Origin: Octopus sinensis
Taxonomy: Eukaryota
Direction of reading: 5' to 3'
Assembly: GCF_006345805.1 (NCBI RefSeq)
Contig: NC_042998.1
Span: 184,264,001-184,328,000 of the forward strand
DNA: 64,000 nt
The notes below the pieces were generated by a model. The model did no database searches and had not been told where the DNA came from. It saw only the letters and a program-made list of their open reading frames with translations. The translations under genes and the position numbers were made by a program. This document shows, piece by piece, positions 27,589 through 38,914 of the stretch (position 1 is its first letter; each line of letters starts with the position of its first letter).

Positions 27589-28269
27589 CCTATTAATATA
27601 AATTTGACACGGGCGATTCTTTCTTGTCTTGGGATTCACAGTCAAATGGCTGGATGGAATTGCGTAAAAAATTACACATGTGTAAAATGATCTGGTGGTG
27701 ATGCTGGGTTTTGTATTTTATCATAGCTCCCATGGTAACCAAGATAATCTACTATAATGATACTCTTGTGTTTATGAGAAAGGAAGGGGTAATAGATGAA
27801 GAAGGAAGAAAGGGGTGATGTCATATTTTTCATATCTCCCATGGTTACCAAGATAATCTACTATAATAAGACTCTTGTGTTTATGAATGAGAAAGGAAGG
27901 GGTGATGTCATACTTGGTAGTGGGATGATGAAAATTGTATGCTGAAAAAAATAAATCAAACAGCATTTCAACTCCGTGTGAATATGTGTGTGTGTGTATG
28001 TAAAAGGGGGTTATGTGAATGTGTGTGCGCAATGAAAGTGGGATGGTTCATCTTTGCTCGCTTAGTATTTGGGTTTATTTTTTGATTTGGTTGAATCTTG
28101 GTTGTTTTTTTTTTATTGGTCAGTTATCTTTAGCATTTTGACAGAAAAAAGTCATTCTAAAATTGTTTTTTTAACGTAAGCGTGCCCAAAAAAGTCGAAT
28201 GCTTACACAGAGCAGGTTTTACAGCCACATCATCTAAACCGACTGGGTGATACCGGGCTTAGCTGCTAG
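27589..28269 (+). mobile_element. Non-autonomous Helitron with an internal ~107-bp tandem duplication
   Basis: 3' GC-rich hairpin region then CTAG|T at 28266-28270; 5' cctattaatataaa resembles a Helitron start; duplicated block at 27722-27910. Confidence 0.6.
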
Positions 28270-29099
28270 TATTCATTTAAAGATAATTAATTTAATGACC
28301 ACAAATATATAGGCTGAGTGGTTAAGAGCTAAATTATAGTCTCAAGGATTACTGATTCAACAAATAAAATTCTCTTTGACAATGCTTTTAGATTCATTCT
28401 TATTGCTTTGGAGTAGTTAGCTAATAAATATATACTGCTTTAATGGTTCTGTAGTTGGTATGAGGTTGGATAACCTCGCCATAAAGCACTTGAACATAAG
28501 GTAGTGAGCTGGCAGAATCATTATTGCACCAGGCAAAAAGCTTAGCAGCACTTTTGGTTCTTTATGTCCTGAGTTCAAATGCTGCCATGGTTGACTTTGC
28601 TTTTCATCCCTTTTGGAGTTAATAAATTATGTGAATTCAACTAGCCCACTCCCCTAAATTTCTGGCCTGGTGCCTATAGTAGAAAGGATAATGATTGAGT
28701 AACTGAGTCTTCATATAACTCTCAAATTAATTGTTAGAGAATAGTACTGTTTACTGACATCTCTCATCTATTTTGAGTAGAGTGAAAGTAATATACTCTA
28801 CTTAAAATAAAAGTTAATAAAAAAATATTATGTGTAGAGCTCTCACTGCTTACATTGATACTTTTCTCCCCATTAAGTGGATTAAATCACTTGTTTATTA
28901 TATTTTATTTTTTTGTAGAGACAAGTAGGTGTCAATCCTTCAGTCAATAGGTTAGCAACTTAACAACTCAGCCATCAGCAACTCTTAGTGGCCAGAATTC
29001 AAAACCATTTATTACAAACATATAAGAACAATTCCAAATATAAAATAAACAAATAACAAACCATAACCTACACTAATAATAAGAACAGAAGCTGCTTAC

Positions 29100-29231
29100 A
29101 TCCTGCTTTTCTTTCTCCATCTGCAACTTTAGTTGTTGGAGAGCATTTTCTTTTGCAATTAAGCTCTGCTGTTTTGCTTGCTCTATCATACTTTTCAGCT
29201 GTTGTGTTTGCTGCACTAGAGAATTGGCCAT
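29100..29231 (-). CDS. DEAF1: DEAF1 coding exon 6 (coiled coil)
   Basis: ccttttag/gtaagc; 132 nt, phase 0/0; MANSLVQQTQQLKSMIEQAKQQSLIAKENALQQLKLQMEKEKQD, compare DEAF1 [20 protein letters not shown]. Confidence 0.9.
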
Positions 29232-30352
29232 CTAAAAGGAGAGAAAGTGAATAGCAACACAAATAAGAAGGGTTTATAAAAGAAGAGACAGATGTAACAT
29301 ATGCAATAATTATTCCTTTCAAGAGGGTTTTTTTGTTTTTTTCCAATTCAAGTTGTTTGGATTCAATTCAGTCCTGATGAAGTAGACCTAAGAACTAAAG
29401 TGTTCTACCACAACCACCACCAAAAAGCATTCTATGGGTCATTTTCTCTGCTAAAGCAAAGGTTAGCTCTGAAAACCTATGACAATCTTATCCAGTTTAC
29501 ACTATCCTCTGCACTCCCTCCCATACCTTCTTTGCTCTCATTTCTTCCATTTTTGCACCTGCATCATATTTAGACCATGTCTTTCTCAGTCTCTCCCTCT
29601 CTAACTTCCAAAATCTTATGTACAAGTCTTTACAACAGACATTCAAGCACTTAGCCGTCATAAATAGACAGAATTCCATCCTTACCTCAGCTGGGATCCC
29701 AACCTTAGGTTTTGGACCCCTATAGGTTAGTCTGTACTGTAATTCACTCATATATAATCACATGCATGAAGGACCTTATTCAGGCAGTGCTTTTATAGCT
29801 GGATGCCCTTCTTGATGCAACCCTTTTAAGTCACTTCTTACGACACCCAGGAATGTGGTGTATCTATTCTAAACCAGAATAAAAGTGCTCCATTCCATCT
29901 TCAAGTAGTTTTCTCTGTTGCTGTGCATGCCCAATAATGAAGGACAGTGATGAGTGGGTAAGATGCTTTGAGACCTGTTTAACACATACCAGTATGAAAA
30001 ACCTGATGTAAAATACAAATGTATCTAGAATTATATTATCCAAAATGTTATTTTTACTTTTTAAAATGGTGGGGTTTGATTTAAACAAATATGTGGTTGC
30101 TATTGCTAGCAGGTCAAACATGTCGAGGTACCTGTCAGCTTTAATTCACAGAGTGAAATGAAAACTACCCAATATTGGTTGTCTTACCACCAGAGATTTC
30201 ATCTTCAATGTATCAAGTGCAAGTCAACCTAACAGTCATCTCTCTATACAATACTGAAAATTACGGAGATGTACTTGCATAGCAAGTGATTTGATCTGAG
30301 ATTGTGTGCTGAAACGAAAACAATTGCAGCGTGGAAGGTGTTTGTAAGCCAT

Positions 30353-30574
30353 TTAAGAAACACACAAAAGCCGTTCGATTCACTTCAACATTTAAGTTTA
30401 ATTTGTCAAAATATTTTCGTCGTTTTAAGGCCGCGACAAAAATCCGTGCTGCATCTCGAGATGCAGCACGGATTTTTGTCAGTGAACAGGTTGCGGTCTT
30501 AAAGCGATGAAAATATTTTGACAAATTAAACTTAAATGTTGAAGTGAATCGAACGGCTTTTGTGTGTTTCTTAA
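30353..30574. repeat. Loop-less palindrome within a repeat element in DEAF1 intron 5
   Basis: Perfect 46-bp core gacaaaaatccgtgctgcatctcgagatgcagcacggatttttgtc (30435-30480); arms extend about 105-117 bp with an 11-nt indel. Confidence 0.85.
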
Positions 30575-30815
30575 TATTGAAAATGTAGGTACAAAAAAAG
30601 GCAAAGTGAAATGGCTTAATCAGGAGTTGAACCTGCATTCCAGATTTGGCTCACCAAAAGTTTGCCACTAATTCATGGTGTTTACATGAACATATTTTAA
30701 TGATTGTACCGATCAGATATTATTAGTGAAGTGTCAAAGAGGAACTACTGAGATTTATGAAAATATACATAATGAGAATGAATAAAAAAAATGAAAAATG
30801 AATTTAATTTTTCAC

Positions 30816-30919
30816 CTCTTCGAGTTGCCACCAATATTTTTGTTCTGATACATCCATTGATAATACATTAGGCATTGGTGCTTTTAAAGCATTTGTCAAG
30901 GATGTCATTACAACAGCAT
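30816..30919 (-). CDS. DEAF1: DEAF1 coding exon 5
   Basis: ctttcag/gtgaaa; 104 nt, phase 1/0; DAVVMTSLTNALKAPMPNVLSMDVSEQKYWWQLEE, joining MANSL to match the DEAF1 W..LEEM.NSL nuclear export/coiled-coil motif. Confidence 0.88.
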
Positions 30920-32690
30920 CTGAAAGATGAGAAAATACATATTATATATTTAAAGGAGTTGAACCTATTTGGCAAGGGAATTGATCTGAGACCACGTGTT
31001 GTTAATTAAAAAAATTACATTGTGATAAAACACATAACCATAATGTTATATTCCCTTTTCATTTTGTAATCGTTATATATTATTTAACAAAGATTTTCAA
31101 TATACTTTTATATCCAAGTCACACACACATGCACGTTCATACATGTGTGTGTGTGTGTGTTGTATTAAAAGCATGATTGCATTCTAGTTTTATCTTTCTT
31201 ATTAAAGTTTCTTCCAAATTTAGTAGGAGCTCCTTCATTTGGATCAGTAACATTTCCAAATCATTTGTCATTTCTTGACCCTCAAAGTCTTGTCTTCTGG
31301 TTTAAATGGTGAATATTGGTGTGTGTTGCTACCTTGTAAATGTATGCAAAACTGCCTGAAAGTGCCATACTTGTATTTTTTTTTACTGGTTTCAATCATT
31401 GGACTGTGGTCATGCAGGGGACCAGCTTTTTAAAGGCTGTAGTCAATCATACTGACCTAGTAAGTATTTCAATCAGGTATTTACTTTAACAATCTATTAA
31501 ACAACTCTTTTTGATGAGATTTAATGTTTGTTCCATGGCTCTTCCAAAAACTGCTATTTTAGTTGTTAAACAGTCAAATCATGTACAGCTGGTACCGGTT
31601 TACATGATTGCAAGATGAGCAAAGCCAGTTCAGTATATAGAGGGTTGAGAGTGGAAGTGTGGAAGAACAAATACATGAAGCTCAAGTACATAGTATACTG
31701 AGCATTAGGATTATCACTTTATTACAAAGATCCGAGATATGAATGGTAAAAATGCAAGTCAGACACTTTCAGGCAGCTTAGCATACACTTACAAGACAAA
31801 CAACAACAAACACCAACACCCACCACTTGATCCAGAAGATGAAACTGTGAAAGTCTAGAAATAGTGATTGATTTTTACAAAGTGCATGGAACTCATACAC
31901 AAATATGTAAAAAAAAAGCCCTTAAAAAAAAATGAAACTAGAACGCAATTGTTTTAACACACACACAGATGTTAGAGTTGTGAAGTTCATAGCTTTCGTG
32001 TCTGCAATCAATTTATAAACCACGGAGTGGTTGGCATTAGGAAGGGCATCCAGCTGTAGAAACACTGCCAGATCAGACTGGGCCTGGTGCAGCCTCCTGG
32101 CTTCCCAGACCCCAATTGAACCATTCAACCCATGCTAGCATGGAAAGCGGACGTTAAACAATGATGATGATGATCATCATCATTGGTAGTTTTTGTGCAG
32201 GTTCATAGGTTTGGGGTTTGTTACTGAGCTGGAGATTTTTAATTTTAGAGTGTCAGTTTATGGTTTGTTGCAAGGCGGTTTATAAAAGTTTTCATGAATG
32301 GTTTTTAAATAACTCATTTAACTACTCTGGCTTGTATTAATTTGATTCCTATAAAAAACTATGTGTTCCACTGCACATGTAGGTTAATATTACACAACCA
32401 ATTCATCCTGCTTACCTTATTTTTTCACAGCCTTAACAGATTTACATTCAGTGCCTATGTGACACAAACAAGTAGCATTAGTATCATGCTTCAAACAATG
32501 TGTTTCTAAGCCCTTTATCACCAATAATAGTAACAGACCTGAATTTCTGAATTTCCTCAAAGGACTTCTTAATCAGATTAAGCCTCTGGAATTAATCTGC
32601 CCAACCCTACAATATAAGCCATCTCCATAAAGTTTATTTTATGAAATTAACAACACTTAATTATAAATAAAATTGAAATGTACCACTTAC

Positions 32691-32810
32691 CTCCAGTTAC
32701 GAAGTTACCTTGAGGATCTGTTGTAACTATGTGAACAGTTTCTCCATTTTCTGCATTATTCACACTAATGGGACGGCTAAGAGCAGGACCACTCGGTAAT
32801 GTTACAACTA
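32691..32810 (-). CDS. DEAF1: DEAF1 coding exon 4
   Basis: ttttctag/gtaagt; 120 nt, phase 1/1; VVVTLPSGPALSRPISVNNAENGETVHIVTTDPQGNFVTG; phases fit neighbouring exons. Confidence 0.85.
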
Positions 32811-33545
32811 CTAGAAAATATACATACAAAATTGAAAGAAATAAAATCTTAGCTTAACTATTAAATAAAACAATTACAATAATTTTGGGTAATATTATGG
32901 AATATACATCACTAATACCCAACATCAATTTTCCCTCTTTATAAGTATGAAAGTAAGCTAGTTAATTAAAATCTTTATTGGTACAGTATAGAATTGATCT
33001 GGAAATTGAGCACTGATGACAACAATGGCAGAGACAATATTTAAACTTGAAAGCCAAGGCAAAATGTCTATATTAATAGTGACCAAAGGGAGGAAGGGTA
33101 GATAAGATTTTTTAACTCTGGTATAAACAAACTCTCTACAGCTGGTGACATAATAAAATGAATAGTGTTTGGATAATGAAAGCTGGGGTAGTAGTAGTAG
33201 AACTATAGAAGCCTAACTTTCCGTTACTTGAATACTATTGAAGGTTGTTAGGTTGTATTTCAAGTTATTGATGCGATGGTTGATAATAGAAAGGGCATCC
33301 AACCATCCAACCATGTGGAAAATAACATAACATACACAATAGCAATTTGCCAGTTTTCTCTGTTGTGTATGCATGTACTACAAGAAGAAAAACATGATGT
33401 ATGGTGAGATGCTGCGAGATCTGTCTAACTCCTGCTAGTATGAAACAAACAAATGAAAAAGATGGTTGACAACTGGTGAAACTTATACACGCACCCTCCA
33501 AAAATCAAGGTATCAAATGTTTCAACTATTTGTTTTACATTTAAT

Positions 33546-33810
33546 GTGAAGTCATGTGGCCTAATGGTTAGAGAGCTGCACTCATGATTCTAAGATTGTG
33601 AGTTTGATCCCCAGACCAGGTGGTGTGTTGTGTTCTTGAGCAAAACATTTCATTTCACATCGCTCCAGTCCACTCAGCTGTAAATGAGGTCCAGCAAGAG
33701 CTGGAAAGTTAACCTTGCAACAAACCAATGTCCCACACAGGGGAAAGTGTTGAAACACTGAAAATTGGATGAAGCTCTGGCCTTATGAGTCCTACGGCTC
33801 GTGACAGACC
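33546..33810 (+). mobile_element. tRNA-derived SINE with a conserved central domain
   Basis: gtggcctaatggttaga (A-box-like)...gtttgatcccc (B-box-like), then gtgttgtgttcttgagcaaaaca...ctccagtccactcagctg; related minus copy near 12390-12670. Confidence 0.65.
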
Positions 33811-34229
33811 GAAATACTAAGTATTTAAATATATTATTGATACTAATTTTATCTCATGGTAATCTATGTCTTGTAACATAAAACAAATAAGTTAATTGAA
33901 CATTCTGGCATTTTGTACAATTATTTTTAGAAATACATGACAAGTGTAAGTGTTCAGTCTATGTTCAGTGGGTAGCATAAGGTCAGGATAACTCAGTCCT
34001 CTGAATTATTCAAGATACTGTTTCACTTGAAAAACTGTTTACAATGTAATTAGCACTTTAGTACAATTAGGAGGGTTATATTTTTCATCTAGCTCTTGCT
34101 CTATGATTAATCCGCAACATAAAAACCCTTCAATATAAATTTCTCTTTTTCAGAGGATTATGAAAATAACTAGAAAAACACAGGCATAACAACACAGTAG
34201 AGAAAATAAAAGAACTAAACAGATAAATT

Positions 34230-34590
34230 AGGCGCAAGAGTGGCTGTGTGGTTAGTATCATGCTTACCAACCACATGGTTCTGGGTATATTCCCCTTGCG
34301 TGGCACCTTGGGCAAGTGTCTTCTACTATAGCCTCGGGCCGACCAAAGCCTTGTGAGTGGATCTCGTCGTATATATGTATATACATATGTATATGTGTGT
34401 ATATGTTTGTGCCCCCAACATTGCTTGCCAACCGATGGTGGTGTGTTTACGTCCCTGTAACTTAACGGTTCGGCAAAAGCGATCGATAGAATAAGTACTA
34501 GGCATACAAAGAGTAAGTCAATTTGCTCGCCTAAAGGTGGTGCTCCAGCATGGCTACAATCAAATGACTGAAAAAACATAAAAGAGTAAA
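34230..34590 (+). mobile_element. tRNA-derived SINE, family A (octopus OR-like)
   Basis: aggcgcaagagtggctgtgtgg head with Pol III box-like motifs, central (AT/GT)n, aaagagtaaa tail; several related copies in the window. Confidence 0.85.
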
Positions 34591-34652
34591 GAATAAATTC
34601 ACTTATATCTTGTTTAAAGAAAAAAAGACAAGAAAATGTAAGTAATATTTAC

Positions 34653-34782
34653 CTTCTTTAGACATTCCAGAAGGCACTATAGTAGATTTCGGCTCACCAG
34701 GCCTTTTCTTCATTGTTGGAGATCCATTTTCATTGTCTCTCTTTCGCCGTTTGTATGGTACAAACAAGCGAACAGGCCCCGT
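34653..34782 (-). CDS. DEAF1: DEAF1 coding exon 3 (nuclear localisation signal region)
   Basis: tttacag/gtaaat; 130 nt; TGPVRLFVPYKRRKRDNENGSPTMKKRPGEPKSTIVPSGMSKE; GPVRLFVPYKRRK is the conserved DEAF1 NLS segment. Confidence 0.95.
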
Positions 34783-34970
34783 CTGTAAAAATATAACAAT
34801 TATTATAAAGAAATGTATGAAATTAAAGTATTAAAAAACAAATTTCACCAACAATTTTATAGTTTCAATAATTTCTTTTAAGTGATGAAAATGCATTCAA
34901 GGGAAGCACCAAATCATTAGTCACAAATTATTATGAACATATAAAATATTTAAGTAGTTATGCTTCAAAT

Positions 34971-35457
34971 TACACAAGGTGCGTTCAAAAGGCATCCAAC
35001 TAGTTGTTCCCAACAAAACTAATGCTGCATAGGCAAAATCTTTTGGATGGGCAGTAATGCCACCCTTCTTGTGCGTACATGAAAATTTTCAGGCCGGTAG
35101 GTCACACCAGTTCCTGGCTGTTACACTTAGAGTATAGACATGTTGTGTGTGCTTGTCAGATTTGCATTTTCATACAAGATAACTGAAAGCAGCAAGCAGA
35201 ATAATGCATCAAGTCTTTCCAAAAGCTTGGTGGTACTCAAGTTCAACTCATCCAGAAGATTCAGGACTTTGGTAATGATGCCAGAGGAAATTATGAGAAA
35301 AGCAACACCAGAGCTCCATAGCATCCCAGATGTGTTACCAGCAATGACAGAACTGCTGAGAGAAGTGTGTGAAAGTATTTTGAAGATGATTAAATAAAAT
35401 TTGTGAAATGTACAAAATTGTCTTTTTTATGCCTAAAGGTTTTGAACACACCATGTA
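34971..35457 (+). mobile_element. Internally deleted mariner element
   Basis: TIRs ta(ca)caaggtgcgttcaaaa / ttttgaacacaccatgta; interior resembles a degraded mariner transposase N-terminus (...IK.FQKLG.TQVQ.IQKIQ..GND). Confidence 0.7.
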
Positions 35458-36261
35458 TTTTCCTATGTTCTTCAAAATACTAGTGAATCCAATTTATCAT
35501 AATGCTGATTTTTTATTCAGTTAAGTGAGTATTGTAACACAGTTACTTGTTGCTAATTACTGTAGTATTGCCACTATTTATGATGATACTTGTTTACACT
35601 ATAACCATGTAGTAATAATAAAATATATAATGAAGCAGGGTAACAACAATGTAACAATCCAACAAATTTTCCACGAACCAACTAATGATATTCTGACAAA
35701 CTGACACCTTACAACTTCCAGGGATTAACACCTACTCTCCCTCTCACACTCAGACCGCTACTGTTTATAGCCATTTGGTCAAGTCTATTCTCATAGGGGG
35801 TGTCATGACTCTTGCCACAACAGAGAATGAGATTAAACTTGACTTAGTCTAGCATTATTATGTCATCAGTAATTTTTCAAGTAGGAAGCTACAATTTAGA
35901 ACGCTTTCTAAATTTAGCAAGATGAATTTGCGAGAGACTTCATTCTAGATTTAGTAGTTTGGTAAACTCTTTTATTAGAAAAAGGTTATATGCTTGACTA
36001 AATTGCTTTCCATAATTGCTCAATCCCTCAATATTCTGAATTCAAGTTTCATTAGTGAAACTTTGTATTCACCCAGCCTTATTAATGAAATTGGGTTATA
36101 TTGATTAGTAGTAATGAATGATAGCCTTTAATAGTATTTAACCCTTTTGTGACCATATTTGTAATAAAATTGATTAATTAATTTAGAAATAATCAAGAAC
36201 TCGGAGGGGTTTAATAAAATAACTGAGTTTTCATTATTAATCTGGTATTTTCAACATAAAT

Positions 36262-36421
36262 TACAGGAGTGGCTGTGTGGTAAGTAGCTTGCTAACCAGC
36301 CACATGGTTCCGGGTTCAGTCCCACTGCATGGCAACTTGGGCAGGTGTCTTCTGCTATAGCTCCAGGCTGACCAATGCCTTGTGAGTGGATTTGGTAGAC
36401 GGAAACTGAAAGAAGCCTGTC

Positions 36422-36467
<46 letters not shown>

Positions 36468-36692
36468 ATATGTATGTGCTTGTGTGTCTGTGTTTGTACC
36501 CCTAGCATTGCTTGACAACCGATGCTGGTGTGTTTACATCCCCGTCACTTAGCGGTTCGGCAAAAGAGACCGATAGAATAAGTACTGGGCTCACAAAGAA
36601 TAAGTCTCGGGGTCGATTTGCTCGACTAAAGGCAGTGCTCCAGCATGGCCGCAGTCAAATGACTGAAACATGTAAAAGAGTAAAAAGAGAGT
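36262..36692 (+). mobile_element. tRNA-derived SINE, family A
   Basis: Full-length copy similar to 34230-34590 and 43288-43669. Confidence 0.85.
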
Positions 36693-36905
36693 AACTCTAC
36701 TTTATCATTTCCATAACACTACCATCCCAACTTCCATTATCCAAACAAGCTAAGTACAATTAGATTAAACAAAAAGTTAACGTCATTTCTTTCATAATTT
36801 AATTTGGTCTTACAATAGTACTTCTAGGTATCCAACAAGAAGCACAAAATAAGATATTTATTTTACAGAAAGCCATAGTAAATATTATTAACAAAATCAA
36901 CATAC

Positions 36906-37111
36906 GACAGATTCATCATCACAGCAGGCTGCACATGTACAAGAAGTAGCATGTGCTCGGAGAATGCCATCTTCAATTAAGCACTGTAGAGTTCGGCCAC
37001 CGTATCGGATACTGCGTTTCCAGTCTTTACTGCTGGCACGACCACAAAAGGTTTCAAACTCATTTGGAGTGAACCACTGTTCAGAACTTTTTATACATTT
37101 TCCACGACCAC
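36906..37111 (-). CDS. DEAF1: DEAF1 coding exon 2 (SAND core with KDWK motif and Cys-rich motif)
   Basis: ttttcag/gtatgt; 206 nt; [69 protein letters not shown], closely matching the DEAF1 SAND domain. Confidence 0.97.
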
Positions 37112-37584
37112 CTGAAAATTAGAGATTATAAATTTGATACATTGCAACATTATTTTAAACAAGGGAGAAGAAAGAAATTTGCAAGGCCTAAAGTTCTATG
37201 AAATTATCACCTTCACCTTGACCGACCAGTCCGTCGGGTGTCCATTTGACGCTGCTGGTCACAGCAGAAATTGTATAGGATAATATATCAGGATATAACA
37301 TGAAGGTGGAATGATAATCTATGAAAGGACCTGATAGAAAGTTTCCTTTCTATAGTTACATTAAAATAATTTTGACAACAGAATCTCAGGAGAGTCTATG
37401 AAGATTTAAATTCACAATAACCTAATTCTTAATCATGCCTGATAACAATTCTTTATCATCAATTTAGGTTTTAATTTAAATAACCTTTGCAGCAAAACCT
37501 GAGTTTTCAGACTTACAGACATAAAATAGACCAACAGAGATACTCGGCCTTGCTCGGGATTGAAATGGCATAGATTTTTATTGC

Positions 37585-37872
37585 TTTACTTGTTTCAGTT
37601 ATGTGACTATGGCCATGCTGGAGCACCGCCGTTAGTCAAAGAAATCTACCACAGGATTTATTCTTTGTAAGCCTAGTACTCATTCTGTTAGTTTACCAAA
37701 CCGCTAAGTTACAGGAATGTAAACACAGCAACATCAGTTGTCAAGCAATGGGGAGAGTACAAACACAAGACACACATGTATACACAAATATACACATATA
37801 TACAACAGTCTTCTTTCAGTTTCCAAGTACGAAATCCACTCACAAAGTTTTGGTTGGCCTGAGGCTATAATA
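37585..37872 (-). mobile_element. SINE family A, 5'-truncated, inverted
   Basis: Reverse complement of the 3' two-thirds of 36262-36692. Confidence 0.8.
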
Positions 37873-37875
37873 AGC

Positions 37876-38332
37876 ATATATATATATATATATATGTTTT
37901 CAGAACGAATGGCTTTGTTATACAGTGCCATATTTTACAATCCTGTAATAATAATGGTATTTTTATATAAGCTTAAAGTTTTAAGCTGTTCACAGTGCAA
38001 TGACTATGGAAAATAGTCTAATAATGACTAAGGAAAATAGTTTAATAGTCTTATAAGCCCTCGGCAGAAAAAAGAAGGCTTTCCCATCCGCGTGGGACGC
38101 GAACCCACACTCCTTTGTTAACATGACCTTTACACATGGATGGGAAAGCCTTCTTTTTTCTGTTGAGGGCTTATATGCCCAATTATTAGACTATTTTCCT
38201 TAGTCATTGCACAGTGAACGCCATAAACTTTAAGCTTATATAAAAAATACCATTATTATTATTTACAGGATTGTAAAATATGGCATCGTATAACAAAACC
38301 ATTTGCACCGAAAGCATATATATATATATATA
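37876..38332. mobile_element. Palindromic MITE-like element with a tRNA-like central loop
   Basis: About 210-bp diverged inverted arms bounded by (TA)n; loop contains T-arm hairpin gtggg-acgcgaa-cccac (minus-strand GGTTCGCGTCC, B-box-like). Confidence 0.7.
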
Positions 38333-38511
38333 TTTATATTATAAAATGAGATAGGGGTTGACAATTCAACCCACCATGGGATAACATATATCCAATATAC
38401 TGCTAGAGAGGTACCCAACAAGACTAATACATAAATGTTAAAAATTGCGGTGCAATTAATTCATCTACTGTATTATGTGGGCAAGGGTAAAAATATTACC
38501 GTAAATTAATA

Positions 38512-38857
38512 ATACAAAATGAGAAAATGGAGAAACATACTTAAATCAATCAATCATCAACAATCAGATAATACCCAATCAATACTTTATTACACCATTA
38601 CATAACAGCAAAGACATTATACATAATATATTGTAAATATAACTAGACATGGAAATAGAAATATAAAATATAAAATACAATTACATCATATCTAATTGTA
38701 TTTTATATTTCTATTTCCATGTCTAGTTATATTTACAATATATTATGTATAATGTCTTTGCTGTTATGTAATGGTGTAATAAAGTATTGATTGGGTATTA
38801 TCTGATTGTTGATGATTGATTGATTTAAGTATGTTTCTCCATTTTCTCATTTTGTAT
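38512..38857. repeat. Near-perfect AT-rich palindrome with ~165-bp arms
   Basis: 38512-38683 is the reverse complement of 38693-38857 apart from a 6-bp duplication in the left arm; 9-nt loop. Confidence 0.9.
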
Positions 38858-38914
38858 ATATATTTATATATACACACACACACACATATCTCTCTCTCTG
38901 TATATATATATATA

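Noticed and set aside
29068-29346. ORF-track peptide DGQFSSAANTTAEKYD...
   Set aside because: Wrong frame. Splice phase and DEAF1 similarity support the MANSLVQQ frame (29100-29231).
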